Made by a program: the position numbers and the translations under genes
From: a virus
IMG/VR virus record: IMGVR_UViG_3300021180_000006
Span: 22,799-86,798 of that record
Direction: 5' to 3' (one strand)
DNA: 64,000 nt
In this document: positions 38,580 to 48,076 of the stretch, piece after piece
Layout of the letters: each line of letters opens with the position of its first letter
How positions within the stretch are numbered: position 1 is the stretch's first letter
Notes under the pieces: generated by a model
What the model saw: the letters and a program-made list of their open reading frames with translations, nothing else
Databases searched by the model: none
What the model was told of the DNA's origin: nothing

Positions 38580-39175
38580 GAAAGCCGGTTTCGTTCCAAA
38601 AAAACCCCGTAGGGACTGCGAAGTATCCTTCGTCGGGCGGTCTCCATCATCTTTGGGTCGCTATTGAACATCTCGTTGAAGTTGTCGCCTTCAACAGCTT
38701 CGGCAGCGTGCACGCAGACGACGAATCTTTCCCCTCCAGCAGCGGTTCCCCAGATGCTGTCGTAGTTCGCGCCATCGGCCAGGATGGATGTCGCCAGATC
38801 GCAGGCCAACTCGTCTCGGGCCAACTCCGACGCCGATGGGACATACATGCCGTTGCCGTTTTCGTAGAACGCCTGATCTGGAGCACCGGCGGCGCGGTGT
38901 TTGGCGATGCGATCCTTCAAGGTTTGGTCGCCCCATGCGCCCAGCCGCATGGTGCGCTCGGCCTGCTCATTAAGCCATATTCCACGGCGATTAAGCCATG
39001 TTGCACGGCGGACCAATTGAATCTGGAACAGAATGATGCCGAGGTATAAGAAATCACGCCAAGGCCACCATCCCTGCGGCCAAACGACGAGATACACGGC
39101 GCACAGAAGCAATCCAGGCCATAGTGCGGGCTTTGGTTTCAGCGTGTAATGCAGTTTGGCAAGCGGTTCGCTCAT
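38576..39175 (-). CDS. Hypothetical membrane protein
   Basis: Two N-terminal TM segments; lower GC. Confidence 0.6.
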   Translation of the reverse strand: MSEPLAKLHYTLKPKPALWPGLLLCAVYLVVWPQGWWPWRDFLYLGIILFQIQLVRRATWLNRRGIWLNEQAERTMRLGAWGDQTLKDRIAKHRAAGAPDQAFYENGNGMYVPSASELARDELACDLATSILADGANYDSIWGTAAGGERFVVCVHAAEAVEGDNFNEMFNSDPKMMETARRRILRSPYGVFLERNRLS

Positions 39176-39777
39176 CGCCGATAAACAGCATATCCGCAGT
39201 CGCTGGGCGGCTCGAAGAAGATTTCATCCGGCTCGCCCAGCACCTTCTGACATTCGGCGGCCACGGTTTCCTGGCAGGTGCGATGGCAGTAATCGTGCAC
39301 GATGACGGTGCCCCCCTTGGCCACCGGGAAATTCCGCAGCACGTGCTCGGTCGAGCCCCAGGTGTGCGGTCCGTCCTCCAGGAGCAGATCGATCGGGCCG
39401 CCGGCGAAGCGCTCGATCGACGGGCCATCGAGGCTGAACAGATCGACGTTGATGAAGTCGATGAACTGGCGCAGCTCCGGCGGGATCATCTGGCCGGTAT
39501 CGGCGTTGTTGTCGATGGAGAAGACTCGACCGAATTGGTTGTGCTGACAGCCCAGGGCCAGGTGCGAGGTCGAGCAGCCGAACAGACGGCCCACTTCCAC
39601 GATCACCTTGGGGCGCTTCTGCCGCACGGTGTTGTAGAGATAGACGCCCTCGTTCTCGAAACAGGAGCCGCAGGGCCAGTAGGACGGCACCGGGGAACCA
39701 TCGCCCAGGTAGCCGCCAAGTCGATCGACCAGGCCGTCGAGCTTGAGTAATTCGCTGCGCGCTTCATCGGGCGTCAT
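39172..39777 (-). CDS. Class I SAM methyltransferase (Methyltransf_24-like)
   Basis: VEVGRLFGCST, SID, LEDGPH, VHDY. Confidence 0.88.
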   Translation of the reverse strand: MTPDEARSELLKLDGLVDRLGGYLGDGSPVPSYWPCGSCFENEGVYLYNTVRQKRPKVIVEVGRLFGCSTSHLALGCQHNQFGRVFSIDNNADTGQMIPPELRQFIDFINVDLFSLDGPSIERFAGGPIDLLLEDGPHTWGSTEHVLRNFPVAKGGTVIVHDYCHRTCQETVAAECQKVLGEPDEIFFEPPSDCGYAVYRR

Positions 39778-40859
39778 GATCGATCCCGGTAGCTTTCCAT
39801 GAACGAGAGAATCTGTTTCATCCGCGCGTCCCAGGAATGATTGTGGTGCACGTGCCGGCAGCCGGCTTCGGCGATCTTCCGCCGCTCGTCATCATGCTCC
39901 AGATAGTAGTCGATCTGCTGGCAGAGGTGATCGAAGTCATGCGGCTTCCACGTCGCCAGGTGCTCGCCGTCCGTGTATTCATCCTCCATCTTGGGCCAGA
40001 CGTTGGAGATCATAAACGCGCCCGAGCCCATGCCGCGGAGAATGCGGTCGCTGCTGAAACCGGGCACGTCGTCAAAATGATTGTGATTCAATGCAATTTT
40101 GCAGCTTCGATAGGCGGCCGCTTCTTCCTCTTCCAGGAGAAACGGATTGTCCGGACCCCACCCGGTGCCAAAGACAGCGAAGCGCTCGCCATAGCGCTGC
40201 CTCAGATGGGCGACCATCATCTGCCGCTCGTGCGAGCGCGGGAAAACCGAGCCGTAATTTGTGCCGGCAAAGATCACCGGCGGAATCTCCGCCAGCGTCG
40301 GCATCACGTCTGGCACGCGCACGTGGTTCTGGTACGCCTGCTCGATCGCGGTCTTGCGCAGCCGGCGGTTGACCCGATCGCGCAGTTCGCCCTCCAGCCG
40401 CGGTCCATCAGGGCAGAAGGTGTCGGTCGAGAACCCGATATTCAAAAACTCGGCCGGATGGCCTTTGGCCCGAAGGTTCTCCACGTCGCGAAGGTTGGAG
40501 AAACAGTTCAGATCGACGTGACCGGCGACTTCCCATACCCACGTCCGCGTGTCGTTGCGCAGATCGCCGCACCACTGCATCACCCAGGCACCGGTCGAGC
40601 GTGCTTCATCCAAGAGCCGGCCGGGGAGAATCCCTTCGTCCTGTATCTGGCAGAAGACCAGATCGGGCTTGAAGGATCGCACCAGGCCGATAAACCCCTC
40701 GCGGATGGCCGGCCGATCGTTGTCGCGCAGGGGGAACCAGTTGAGTTCCTGGTAGTTCTCCCGCCCCCCCTGCCCGCCGCCCGACAGCTTCTCCAGGGCA
40801 CGGCGCAGTCCCCACTGTGGGCTGGTGGGGGTGATGAGGGCGAAGTGGAGGACTTTCAT
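39774..40859 (-). CDS. CgeB-like GT-B glycosyltransferase
   Basis: Y...KIALN, SDR....G.G, YYLEHDDER.KIA..G..H.W..R. Confidence 0.9.
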   Translation of the reverse strand: MKVLHFALITPTSPQWGLRRALEKLSGGGQGGRENYQELNWFPLRDNDRPAIREGFIGLVRSFKPDLVFCQIQDEGILPGRLLDEARSTGAWVMQWCGDLRNDTRTWVWEVAGHVDLNCFSNLRDVENLRAKGHPAEFLNIGFSTDTFCPDGPRLEGELRDRVNRRLRKTAIEQAYQNHVRVPDVMPTLAEIPPVIFAGTNYGSVFPRSHERQMMVAHLRQRYGERFAVFGTGWGPDNPFLLEEEEAAAYRSCKIALNHNHFDDVPGFSSDRILRGMGSGAFMISNVWPKMEDEYTDGEHLATWKPHDFDHLCQQIDYYLEHDDERRKIAEAGCRHVHHNHSWDARMKQILSFMESYRDRS

Positions 40860-40870
40860 TGGAAGCAAGA

Positions 40871-41509
40871 TCAGTGCGCGAAACGTTCAAAAGTAATCGC
40901 GCCAGTCGTATGAAAACGCAGGATGATGTAGATGATCGGGGCGAGTTTGGCCGGATCATCGAGCTGGCAATAGTCGGGCAGTCCGGCGCCGGAAAGTTCC
41001 AGGATCGCCAGGTCGCCGTCGCAGACGCACAATCGCGCCTTCACGCCAGCGGGCAAACAAAGCAATTCGGCCCAGCGCTCGGCCGTCATCTCTTTAACCA
41101 GATGAGGCGACAGGTTCATCATTTGCAGACTGACGCGGGTGATCGCTCGCTTGTTTACCCTCGGACCAAGGTCGTTCAGGAAATCCGTTCGGGCCGAAGA
41201 AGAATATTCCGCGTCCGGCTTCGCGCTGGCCAACACCGTCCGGATCGATTTCTCAAGCTCCGGGGCTTCCAGCACATACGCGATCGGGGTGTCCTCCAGC
41301 CGTTCTTCTTCATCCCACAGCGCCAGGGCGACGTAGCCGTTGGGCAGCAGATGGTTCTCGCGAAAACCAGCGTCACCGATCTCGGCGAGATTGCGCACGA
41401 TCACGTTGCCCACGTTGAAACGAAATGCATTCGGGTCGTGGCGCAGGGCGCGATAACTCCCCCGCTTGTTGCACGGCTCGGTGATGGTGACGATGAAGGT
41501 TTCAGCCAT
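40871..41509 (-). CDS. Hypothetical protein
   Basis: Coupled ORF with lower GC. Confidence 0.55.
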   Translation of the reverse strand: MAETFIVTITEPCNKRGSYRALRHDPNAFRFNVGNVIVRNLAEIGDAGFRENHLLPNGYVALALWDEEERLEDTPIAYVLEAPELEKSIRTVLASAKPDAEYSSSARTDFLNDLGPRVNKRAITRVSLQMMNLSPHLVKEMTAERWAELLCLPAGVKARLCVCDGDLAILELSGAGLPDYCQLDDPAKLAPIIYIILRFHTTGAITFERFAH

Positions 41510-42116
41510 TGCGTTCCAAAAAGAACAGCGTCTCACTCTGATACTGCGTATTGGTGTCCCAGCTCTCCTCGCGGAAAGTACACCCTGCGGCAGTGAACAG
41601 GTCGGTGAGGTCTTCCCGCTTGAACCCGATGTCCGGTACGCCCATGCTCGGCCAGAAGACGATCTCGTGCGTCTGATCGGCGAACGGGGTGAAGATGATC
41701 AGCACCATCCGCCGGGTAAACGAATCCAGTGCGTTCTGGAGCACCTTGCGCCACTGCCGATTGTGCTCCAGGACGTGACGCATGAGGATGAACTCGGGCT
41801 TGGGGTCCGGCCGGTAGAAGCGCAGGTCGGTCACCAGGTCGCTGAACTTGGTCTGTGTCCCGTCGATGCCCCGGTAGCTGGCGTGATGGACGTAGCGCTT
41901 GGCCCAACAGAGTCCGCAGCCCCAGTCTTCCAGGAGTCCCGGTTGATCGAGGAAGGGGACGGCGATGTCGTAGGTGACTTCCTCACCGATGAAACCCCCT
42001 GCGCCTCCACTCCCGATGGCCGCGTTCTGCGCCTGATAGAACTTCTGCCAGCGTCCCAGCATGCTCTGCGGGTCCAGAGTCCGGGGGTCGACGTCGGTGC
42101 GGGTCATGGTCATCAT
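41502..42116 (-). CDS. Class I SAM methyltransferase
   Basis: EDWGCG, GIDG, RHVLEHN. Confidence 0.85.
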   Translation of the reverse strand: MMTMTRTDVDPRTLDPQSMLGRWQKFYQAQNAAIGSGGAGGFIGEEVTYDIAVPFLDQPGLLEDWGCGLCWAKRYVHHASYRGIDGTQTKFSDLVTDLRFYRPDPKPEFILMRHVLEHNRQWRKVLQNALDSFTRRMVLIIFTPFADQTHEIVFWPSMGVPDIGFKREDLTDLFTAAGCTFREESWDTNTQYQSETLFFLERNG

Positions 42117-42118
42117 TT

Positions 42119-42741
42119 TCACCTCAGACTTTTGCGAAGCTGGTCGCGGGTCTTGCGCTCCCGATCGCACAGCGCTTGTTCGGCGACCCCCAAATCGACC
42201 GGTCCTCTGCGTCCGCCGTCATAGGTGTTCAGTTGAGCGGCGTAGTGCGCCTGCAACCAGACGAGATCGAGGAACAGCTCGCGCGGAATCTTGATGAGGA
42301 CATGGACTTCGTCGCTCATGCGATCACTTTACCATTTACTCCGCCGCGCATCGCTAATCAGATCGATGACGACGGAACCGACGACAAATAGCAGGGTAAA
42401 GAACAATCCGAGCGGCCCCAAGATGCTGGCGATCATCCAAAGCCGGCGGTCCCCGACGGTCCAATGGGTCTCACGCCACCATCCGAACGCACGCATCACC
42501 AGATAAATGCAAGGGCAACAAACGAACCAAACAAGCAGGATCAACGTCACGGGATTTCCATCGGGTATTTGATCGAATGCTTCCTGACGATCTCGTACAG
42601 ATTGCCGAACCTGTCCACGATGCGCCGGTCCACGAGTTCTCCCTCCAAGAGCAGTACGGTGTAATCGCCTTCGCGAAACGCCTTCCTGATCTGATCGGGC
42701 CGCACGATCAAATTGCGTTCGATCTCGATCAGGGGCTTCAT
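42119..42741 (-). CDS. Three small hypothetical genes (42119-42319; 42329-42550, membrane; 42547-42741)
   Basis: Closely packed short ORFs on the operon strand. Confidence 0.45.
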
Positions 42742-42742
42742 T

Positions 42743-43162
42743 TCAGCCCTTACCATACCACACCGCCATAATGGTTGAGGCATTGGCGGCGCAGGGGCGG
42801 ATGGCGCGAATCTCGTCCAGGACAGCATCGAAGCTCTTGCCCTCGCGCTTGGCCAGGCACAACGCGGAAATGTATGGGCTCCGGTTGCAGCCGCCGGCGC
42901 AGTGGATGAAGACCTTGTGACCGGCGGACAGGAGATAATCCAGCAGCGCACACGCCGCGTTGATGCGCGGTTGATCGCCCTGCGCCTGCTCGCTCAGGCC
43001 GGCCTTGCAGATCAAGAGGCCGAAGTCGCGCCCGGCCAGGTCGTTGATCTCGGCGGCCACGTTGAGGATGGCGGTGATGCCGGCGGCGTGCAACTGGCCG
43101 ACGTTCACTGCCATCGCGGGCGAGGAGTCGCCGATCCAAAGGTTGGGGCGGATTTGATTCAA
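42743..43162 (-). CDS. Dual-specificity protein phosphatase
   Basis: LWIG, GITAILNVA, VFIHCAGGCNRS (HCxxGxxRS), IRAIRP. Confidence 0.92.
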   Translation of the reverse strand: MNQIRPNLWIGDSSPAMAVNVGQLHAAGITAILNVAAEINDLAGRDFGLLICKAGLSEQAQGDQPRINAACALLDYLLSAGHKVFIHCAGGCNRSPYISALCLAKREGKSFDAVLDEIRAIRPCAANASTIMAVWYGKG

Positions 43163-43420
43163 GGGATCACGGTTGTAAGACCCATTTCGTTTCGCGTCTC
43201 GCCTTCGACAGAAGGGACTTCATTTCCTCCAGCGATGACGGCGGATAGCTGATCGGTCGGCGCTCTTCTCCGAGCAGCACTTTCCATCCCCGCCCGAATT
43301 CGTCTGAGTAGACGAGCCCGACATAATCGCCGTCACGGAACAGCTTGTGAACATCGGTGTCGAGACGGTCGTCGAACTCGGCAACCCAAACATCGTTCAG
43401 GATTTGATTCAAGGGATCAC
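43150..43420. repeat. 21-bp direct repeat (43150-43170, 43400-43420) flanking a small inserted gene
   Basis: ggatttgattcaagggatcac occurs twice, 250 bp apart. Confidence 0.9.
43167..43412 (-). CDS. Hypothetical inserted gene
   Basis: Starts at the duplicated TTG AAT CAA ATC. Confidence 0.55.
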   Translation of the reverse strand: MNQILNDVWVAEFDDRLDTDVHKLFRDGDYVGLVYSDEFGRGWKVLLGEERRPISYPPSSLEEMKSLLSKARRETKWVLQP

Positions 43421-44164
43421 TTCCAATTCGTACCACGGATGGCGCTTGAGCGAATCGGGCAGCGTGTCTTTGGCAAACGGCTCGACGTTCCACCAGTCAT
43501 AAACGCAAGGGTGAACGTCCTTTTTACGCTCGGGCCACTTACAGAAGATGTCTTCGATCCACCCCGGCCGCAGCTCGCTCTTGTGGCCGTGACAACTCCA
43601 CTTATATCTCATCAGCGCTTCGGGGACGGCGTAACCGAAGTGATAAATCCGTCCGTCAAGAATCTCCTGCGGCGCGCCGGGTCCGCAGCGATCGGGGCGG
43701 AGCAATCGCGTCGGCGTCCACACGTCCCGGCAGCACCAGGCGAAAGAACGCCAGAAGTGAATCCAGGAGGGACCGCGGATGGGGAAGATAGCGGCGGGCG
43801 ATTCGAGGGCGCGGGCGATGGCGCGGGCGAGGGCCTCGGTGTCCCACACTTCATCGCCATCGCACTGCACCACCAGGTCGGCGCCGGCTTCACGGCACAG
43901 GTCATAACCCGCCTGGCGGTGCAATCCTTCGTGCGGGAAGTCGCCGCGGTGCCAGTCCAATTGGCCGGCAGAGCAGTAGGGGGGGTCGAAACAGGCGCGA
44001 AGTTCTTCCTCGCTGTCGGGATTGGGCAGATCGCCGGCCTGGCCGTAGCTGGGCCGCGGGGCGTAGACGACGACGATGCGATCGACGCACGGGGCCAGAG
44101 CTTCAACGGCCTCGCGCAGATACGCTTTGCCGTAATGCAGGGGGAAAAAGCCGGCGACGTTCAT
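43409..44164 (-). CDS. GT2-like glycosyltransferase
   Basis: VDRIVVV, CDGDEVW, YHFGYA. Confidence 0.82.
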   Translation of the reverse strand: MNVAGFFPLHYGKAYLREAVEALAPCVDRIVVVYAPRPSYGQAGDLPNPDSEEELRACFDPPYCSAGQLDWHRGDFPHEGLHRQAGYDLCREAGADLVVQCDGDEVWDTEALARAIARALESPAAIFPIRGPSWIHFWRSFAWCCRDVWTPTRLLRPDRCGPGAPQEILDGRIYHFGYAVPEALMRYKWSCHGHKSELRPGWIEDIFCKWPERKKDVHPCVYDWWNVEPFAKDTLPDSLKRHPWYELEVIP

Positions 44165-44283
44165 CGACGTATCCGGTCCTTCCAAGTCCCGTCGTACCAG
44201 CCCCTTAATTTCCAGCCCCACATGACCATCAGCCCCATCGTCGTGAAGGTCGCGAGGATTTTCCAAAAAAGGATGTCGTTCAT
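44161..44283 (-). CDS. 40-aa membrane peptide
   Basis: MNDILFWKILATFTTMGLMVMWGW...; coupled at both ends. Confidence 0.45.
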   Translation of the reverse strand: MNDILFWKILATFTTMGLMVMWGWKLRGWYDGTWKDRIRR

Positions 44284-44924
44284 CACGCTCGGTATTCCTT
44301 CCGCGGCATCTCCCCCAGCACGTGCGGCGCGATCAAGAGATACGGCTTGGCAACCGCGCCTCTGGGCTCACGATCGTACCGTCGCAGTCCGCTCTCGTGC
44401 AGATGGTGCGCCCGGATGCTCCAGCCTGGGCCGCACACTCCACCGTTCACGCCATCACCGGGATAAAAGTTGTCGAACAGCCACGCCAGGTGATTGTCGC
44501 AGCCGGGGACGCCGGGGCGGAAGTTCAAATGCTGGAGGGGAATCTTGCACGGTCCGCGCCAGATCCAGGCATCGGTGCAGTCGATGGTCGGATGGCCGTC
44601 CTTGCCGTACAGCTCGAAGTGCCGGCTGCCGTCCGAGTGCGTCTGCCATTCCCAGCGCGACAGGAGATACGCGGCGTCTGCGGGCACGTCTTGCGCCAGG
44701 GCGATCGTCTCATCGAAGTAGATGTCCGAGTTGGCAAAGACATTCACGTCATCCGGTCCGCTGCGCTGGTTGATCGAGTCGAAGATTTCCCCGAAGGTGG
44801 GGCGGCCGTCGATACCGTGCACTTCCAGGAGGGGGTTAGACTTGTTCCGGGCCAGGGCCTCCAGCAGCTCGTGATTGCGCTGGGGATCGGGGTCGGTGTA
44901 GAGATTGAGGTAGAGTGAGATCAT
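44283..44924 (-). CDS. GT-A-like protein
   Basis: RPTF, FANSDIYF, LSRW, DAWI, G.PGCDN, HLH. Confidence 0.7.
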   Translation of the reverse strand: MISLYLNLYTDPDPQRNHELLEALARNKSNPLLEVHGIDGRPTFGEIFDSINQRSGPDDVNVFANSDIYFDETIALAQDVPADAAYLLSRWEWQTHSDGSRHFELYGKDGHPTIDCTDAWIWRGPCKIPLQHLNFRPGVPGCDNHLAWLFDNFYPGDGVNGGVCGPGWSIRAHHLHESGLRRYDREPRGAVAKPYLLIAPHVLGEMPRKEYRA

Positions 44925-45637
44925 TGCATGAACTCGATCATCAACAGCAGCCCCGCGCTGGCATGAATCCAGTCGGTCGATTCGATCGCTTCGACGGTGG
45001 TTCGTTCATCGATGCTCAGGTCCATTCCCGAAGTCGCCTGATGCAGTAAGCGCCGGCAGAGGCGCAGGGATCGGATGGCGCTTTTGCGCTGAGCGGGGAT
45101 GGCGAGTTGGCGGATCAGTCCGCGGACGATGAGGCGTTCCCCGGCGCTGATCGGCGCTTCACCCTCGATCAGGGCCAGCACGTCCGCCAGCGAAGGAATC
45201 TGCGGGTTCTGCCCGATCCGGGCCAGCATCGGTGCGATGGCATTGGCCACCGCGGGATCGCGCCAGGCGCTCGGCAGGTCGTGATATTTCCGCGTGTGGT
45301 CGTAGACCAGGGGATTGTCGCCCGGTCCGGCCCATTCGTGGACGAGAATCAGCCCATCGCGCGCCCCCTGCCCCCGCTCCTGGCGGATTTCCGCGTAGAG
45401 CCACCAGGGCGTGTGCGTCAGATCGATGGTGCAGCGGATGCCCAGCTCGCGGTCGTTCTCGTAGAGCCAGACGGAATCGTTCCCGAGTCGGATCGTCGTA
45501 TCGCAGCGGCCGTCGGTGGTGAACAGGTGCAATCGCCCCTGATCGCGGTAGAGCAGAACGTCGTCGGCATTCGTCCCCCCGTGGGAATCGGCGCAGAAGA
45601 TGGAGGTCAGCAGCCCAACAGCGATCCATGTTTTCAT
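44921..45637 (-). CDS. Hypothetical exported protein
   Basis: N-terminal signal-like segment. Confidence 0.55.
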   Translation of the reverse strand: MKTWIAVGLLTSIFCADSHGGTNADDVLLYRDQGRLHLFTTDGRCDTTIRLGNDSVWLYENDRELGIRCTIDLTHTPWWLYAEIRQERGQGARDGLILVHEWAGPGDNPLVYDHTRKYHDLPSAWRDPAVANAIAPMLARIGQNPQIPSLADVLALIEGEAPISAGERLIVRGLIRQLAIPAQRKSAIRSLRLCRRLLHQATSGMDLSIDERTTVEAIESTDWIHASAGLLLMIEFMQ

Positions 45638-46323
45638 GCCGCCAGCGGTTCACACCCCGGAAATCCTCCCGCCTTCCGCGCCAGAAACAGGGCCTGATCG
45701 TGTCCCCACCGCGCCGTCGCCTTGTGCATGTAAAGCGGCTGGGGCTGTCCCGTGCGCGAATAGTGCTCGTGCCGGATGGTCAGGTCCGGGCGCTGCCAGA
45801 GGAGAGGAGAAACGGGAGAGGGGGAGAGGGGGTGAGGGGGCGAGGGGGTGAGGGTGACATCGTGCAATTCCTCATCCGCGAAGTAATGGTTGTATCCCGG
45901 CCAGAACGCTCCAGCGCCGCGGTTGAATCTCAGGATGAACCCGCGGCTCAGCAGGGGCGAACCGCAGATGCGCTCAGAACCCGATTCGCCGGTGCACTGC
46001 ATCACACCTAAAGCCCCGTGGCCAAAATGGGCGGTACACTCATGGGCAATCCGGCAGGCGGGCAGGTCCGGGGGATACATATCGTCGCCGGCACAGCAGA
46101 TCCACTGGAGGTCGAATTCCTCCTCCAAGAGGAAGCGGCACAGGGCGTTGGTCGCTTTGGGATAACCTTCGTAGGCACCCCAGAGGACGTATTCGGCGCC
46201 GACCCGCTCCATGCCTTCATCGCGGAAGACAGCGCACTTCCAGCCCTTGTCCCGCCAGGCACAGAGGACGGGATCGCAGTCCGAGGCGGACTTGGCGCTG
46301 GGGAAAGCGACGAAGGGGGACAC
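45634..46323 (-). CDS. GT2-like glycosyltransferase
   Basis: AGDDMYP, Y.HYFAD.E, HEHY. Confidence 0.75.
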   Translation of the reverse strand: MSPFVAFPSAKSASDCDPVLCAWRDKGWKCAVFRDEGMERVGAEYVLWGAYEGYPKATNALCRFLLEEEFDLQWICCAGDDMYPPDLPACRIAHECTAHFGHGALGVMQCTGESGSERICGSPLLSRGFILRFNRGAGAFWPGYNHYFADEELHDVTLTPSPPHPLSPSPVSPLLWQRPDLTIRHEHYSRTGQPQPLYMHKATARWGHDQALFLARKAGGFPGCEPLAA

Positions 46324-46331
46324 GATTTCTC

Positions 46332-46481
46332 TTGAAGGGCGATTCCGGCGCGGTTATCGTTCGCGCCCAGCGAGGCGCATCCATGTCCAAATCTTCTAAT
46401 TCCGTCTCTGGCCCCCGGCAGCGGTCGCAAGATGCGCCTCGCAGCCTTCCTGCGGTCCTGTCGGGGTCCGGCGACGGGGAG
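46332..46481 (+). promoter_or_regulatory. Promoter plus structured leader (X...stem[X'] type)
   Basis: TTGAAG-17-TATCGT; gcgaggcgcatc (46370-46381) is the perfect complement of 46431-46442, inside the stem 46402-46477. Confidence 0.7.
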
Positions 46482-46488
46482 TGAAAAG

Positions 46489-46710
46489 ATGCTGAGATTG
46501 ATATTCAACAGCCGAATATGGCCCGAGGAGAACTCCGGAGGCATTGTGACGACGTTCAAAACTTTCGATGTCGAACTGCCCGAGATCGAGAGATTCCTTC
46601 GCAAAGTAGACGCCTACCCGCGGCCCGATGATTGCGCGATTGTTGGTATTGAACTCATCCGCACGCCCAAGGATGGGGACAATTCCGGAAACTTTACGGA
46701 GCGCACATGA
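46489..46710 (+). CDS. Hypothetical inserted gene
   Basis: GGGAG SD; antisense to the late arm. Confidence 0.6.
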   Translation: MLRLIFNSRIWPEENSGGIVTTFKTFDVELPEIERFLRKVDAYPRPDDCAIVGIELIRTPKDGDNSGNFTERT

Positions 46711-47060
46711 ATGAGCCAATTGAGGGATTCACGGTCAGACAGCTCATCGACATCGCGAAAAAGGAGGAGCACAGAACGCAGTGGGGCGAATGGAAATTCG
46801 ATCCTTCGCGCTTAACCTTGACTCACGAAGGGGAGGGGTACGAGATCGATCTTGAGCTAATTAATTCCAGCGCCGGGATTCTCGATTGGATCATGCAGAT
46901 AAACGCGAAGGATTGGGGCGATCCGCCGACGATTAAAAACCTGTTGGACGCTTTCGACAATCTTCTCCACCCGCAGGCGAACTATTGCAGCGGCGGATCG
47001 CATATGCGAGTGAACGCTGCCGTCGTTATTAGACGCAATTCGCAGAGGCTGAGCCGATGA
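46707..47060 (+). CDS. Hypothetical inserted gene
   Basis: ATGA-coupled; YEIDLE..LDWI.Q...K.W. Confidence 0.7.
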   Translation: MNEPIEGFTVRQLIDIAKKEEHRTQWGEWKFDPSRLTLTHEGEGYEIDLELINSSAGILDWIMQINAKDWGDPPTIKNLLDAFDNLLHPQANYCSGGSHMRVNAAVVIRRNSQRLSR

Positions 47061-47094
47061 ACGAGAAACCGCCAAGCCGCAGAATTGAAACGGC

Positions 47095-47706
47095 TCAACT
47101 TCCGCGGTACTTCCGACTCGCTTGGAGATGTTCCACTACTGGCGGTCCCATCGACGGCTCGGCATCGAAGATACAGGTATAGGCGGAGGGCAATTGCATC
47201 ACGGCCAGGTGCGGATGTTCCTTGACCACGTTCTCCAGGGAGAGCTGGTCGTAATCATCGGGATGACTCTCGCATCTCTCCCGCCAGTCTTCCACCAGCT
47301 CGATCGACGCCTTCCCTCCTGAGAAATACAGCGTCCCGCTCAAGAGTTCCGTCCCGCCAAGCGGCGCGGGCCTGGCCTTCCAATGCGCCGCAAAGTCCGG
47401 CGCCGGCAGCGGTCCCAGATCGTGCCCCATCTGTTTGAGCGCTTCGCGCTGCGCCCAGATTTCAAACAGCTCGGGATATTTCCGGACCCGTGAATCGGCG
47501 TCGAGCCAGACGACTGGCCGACGGGGATGGGAAAACATCGTCAGCCCCAGGAACCACGCCTTCTGCTGCGTGTTGACCACCCAGCCGCCGCGATCTCCCA
47601 GAGGCAGAACTTCATGCTCCAGCTCGAAGCGCGACAGCGTCTCGATCAGCCCCCCGGCATGGGCCTCGTACAGCGGCGTATAGAAGCTGACGTAAAGCGG
47701 ATGCAA
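47095..47706 (-). CDS. Nucleotide-diphospho-sugar transferase (GT-A)
   Basis: SFYT, W..N...K, VWLDADS, SGTLYF, DQ..L, H.QASR. Confidence 0.82.
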   Translation of the reverse strand: MHPLYVSFYTPLYEAHAGGLIETLSRFELEHEVLPLGDRGGWVVNTQQKAWFLGLTMFSHPRRPVVWLDADSRVRKYPELFEIWAQREALKQMGHDLGPLPAPDFAAHWKARPAPLGGTELLSGTLYFSGGKASIELVEDWRERCESHPDDYDQLSLENVVKEHPHLAVMQLPSAYTCIFDAEPSMGPPVVEHLQASRKYRGS

Positions 47707-47744
47707 CTTGTCTCCGTGTCCCCGCGTCTTCGCGTCACCGCGTC

Positions 47745-48044
47745 TCAAATTTTGACCCACTCGGCAAACCCGAACACGCTGGTCATGTCGCCGTTGACGC
47801 TGGCCTTGATGAGGACGTTGTTGTTGTGCTCCTCCCAGCTCTCGGCGTACTGCGTGATGTTCGCCGTGCTCTTGGGGATGTAGGCCCAGGTGTTGCCCCC
47901 ATCGAGCGAGAAAAACCCGTCGGCGGTCGTGGAGTTGTTCCAGATGATGACGTGGTTGTACATCGCCGAGGAGGACGGCATTTTGATGAGCGTGACCGGG
48001 GTCGCGCCGTTGGAGCTGATGCCGATGGTGCCGCTTGAGTACAT
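47745..48044 (-). CDS. Hypothetical virion protein
   Basis: ORF after the capsid cement gene. Confidence 0.55.
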   Translation of the reverse strand: MYSSGTIGISSNGATPVTLIKMPSSSAMYNHVIIWNNSTTADGFFSLDGGNTWAYIPKSTANITQYAESWEEHNNNVLIKASVNGDMTSVFGFAEWVKI

Positions 48045-48076
48045 GATAAATCTCGGGAGGAGGGGAGGAGGGAGAG

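Noticed and set aside
32866-47706. Host polysaccharide locus captured or mis-assembled into the phage
   Set aside because: No sugar-synthesis or export genes; the genes are short, co-oriented and interleaved with head genes in three separate places
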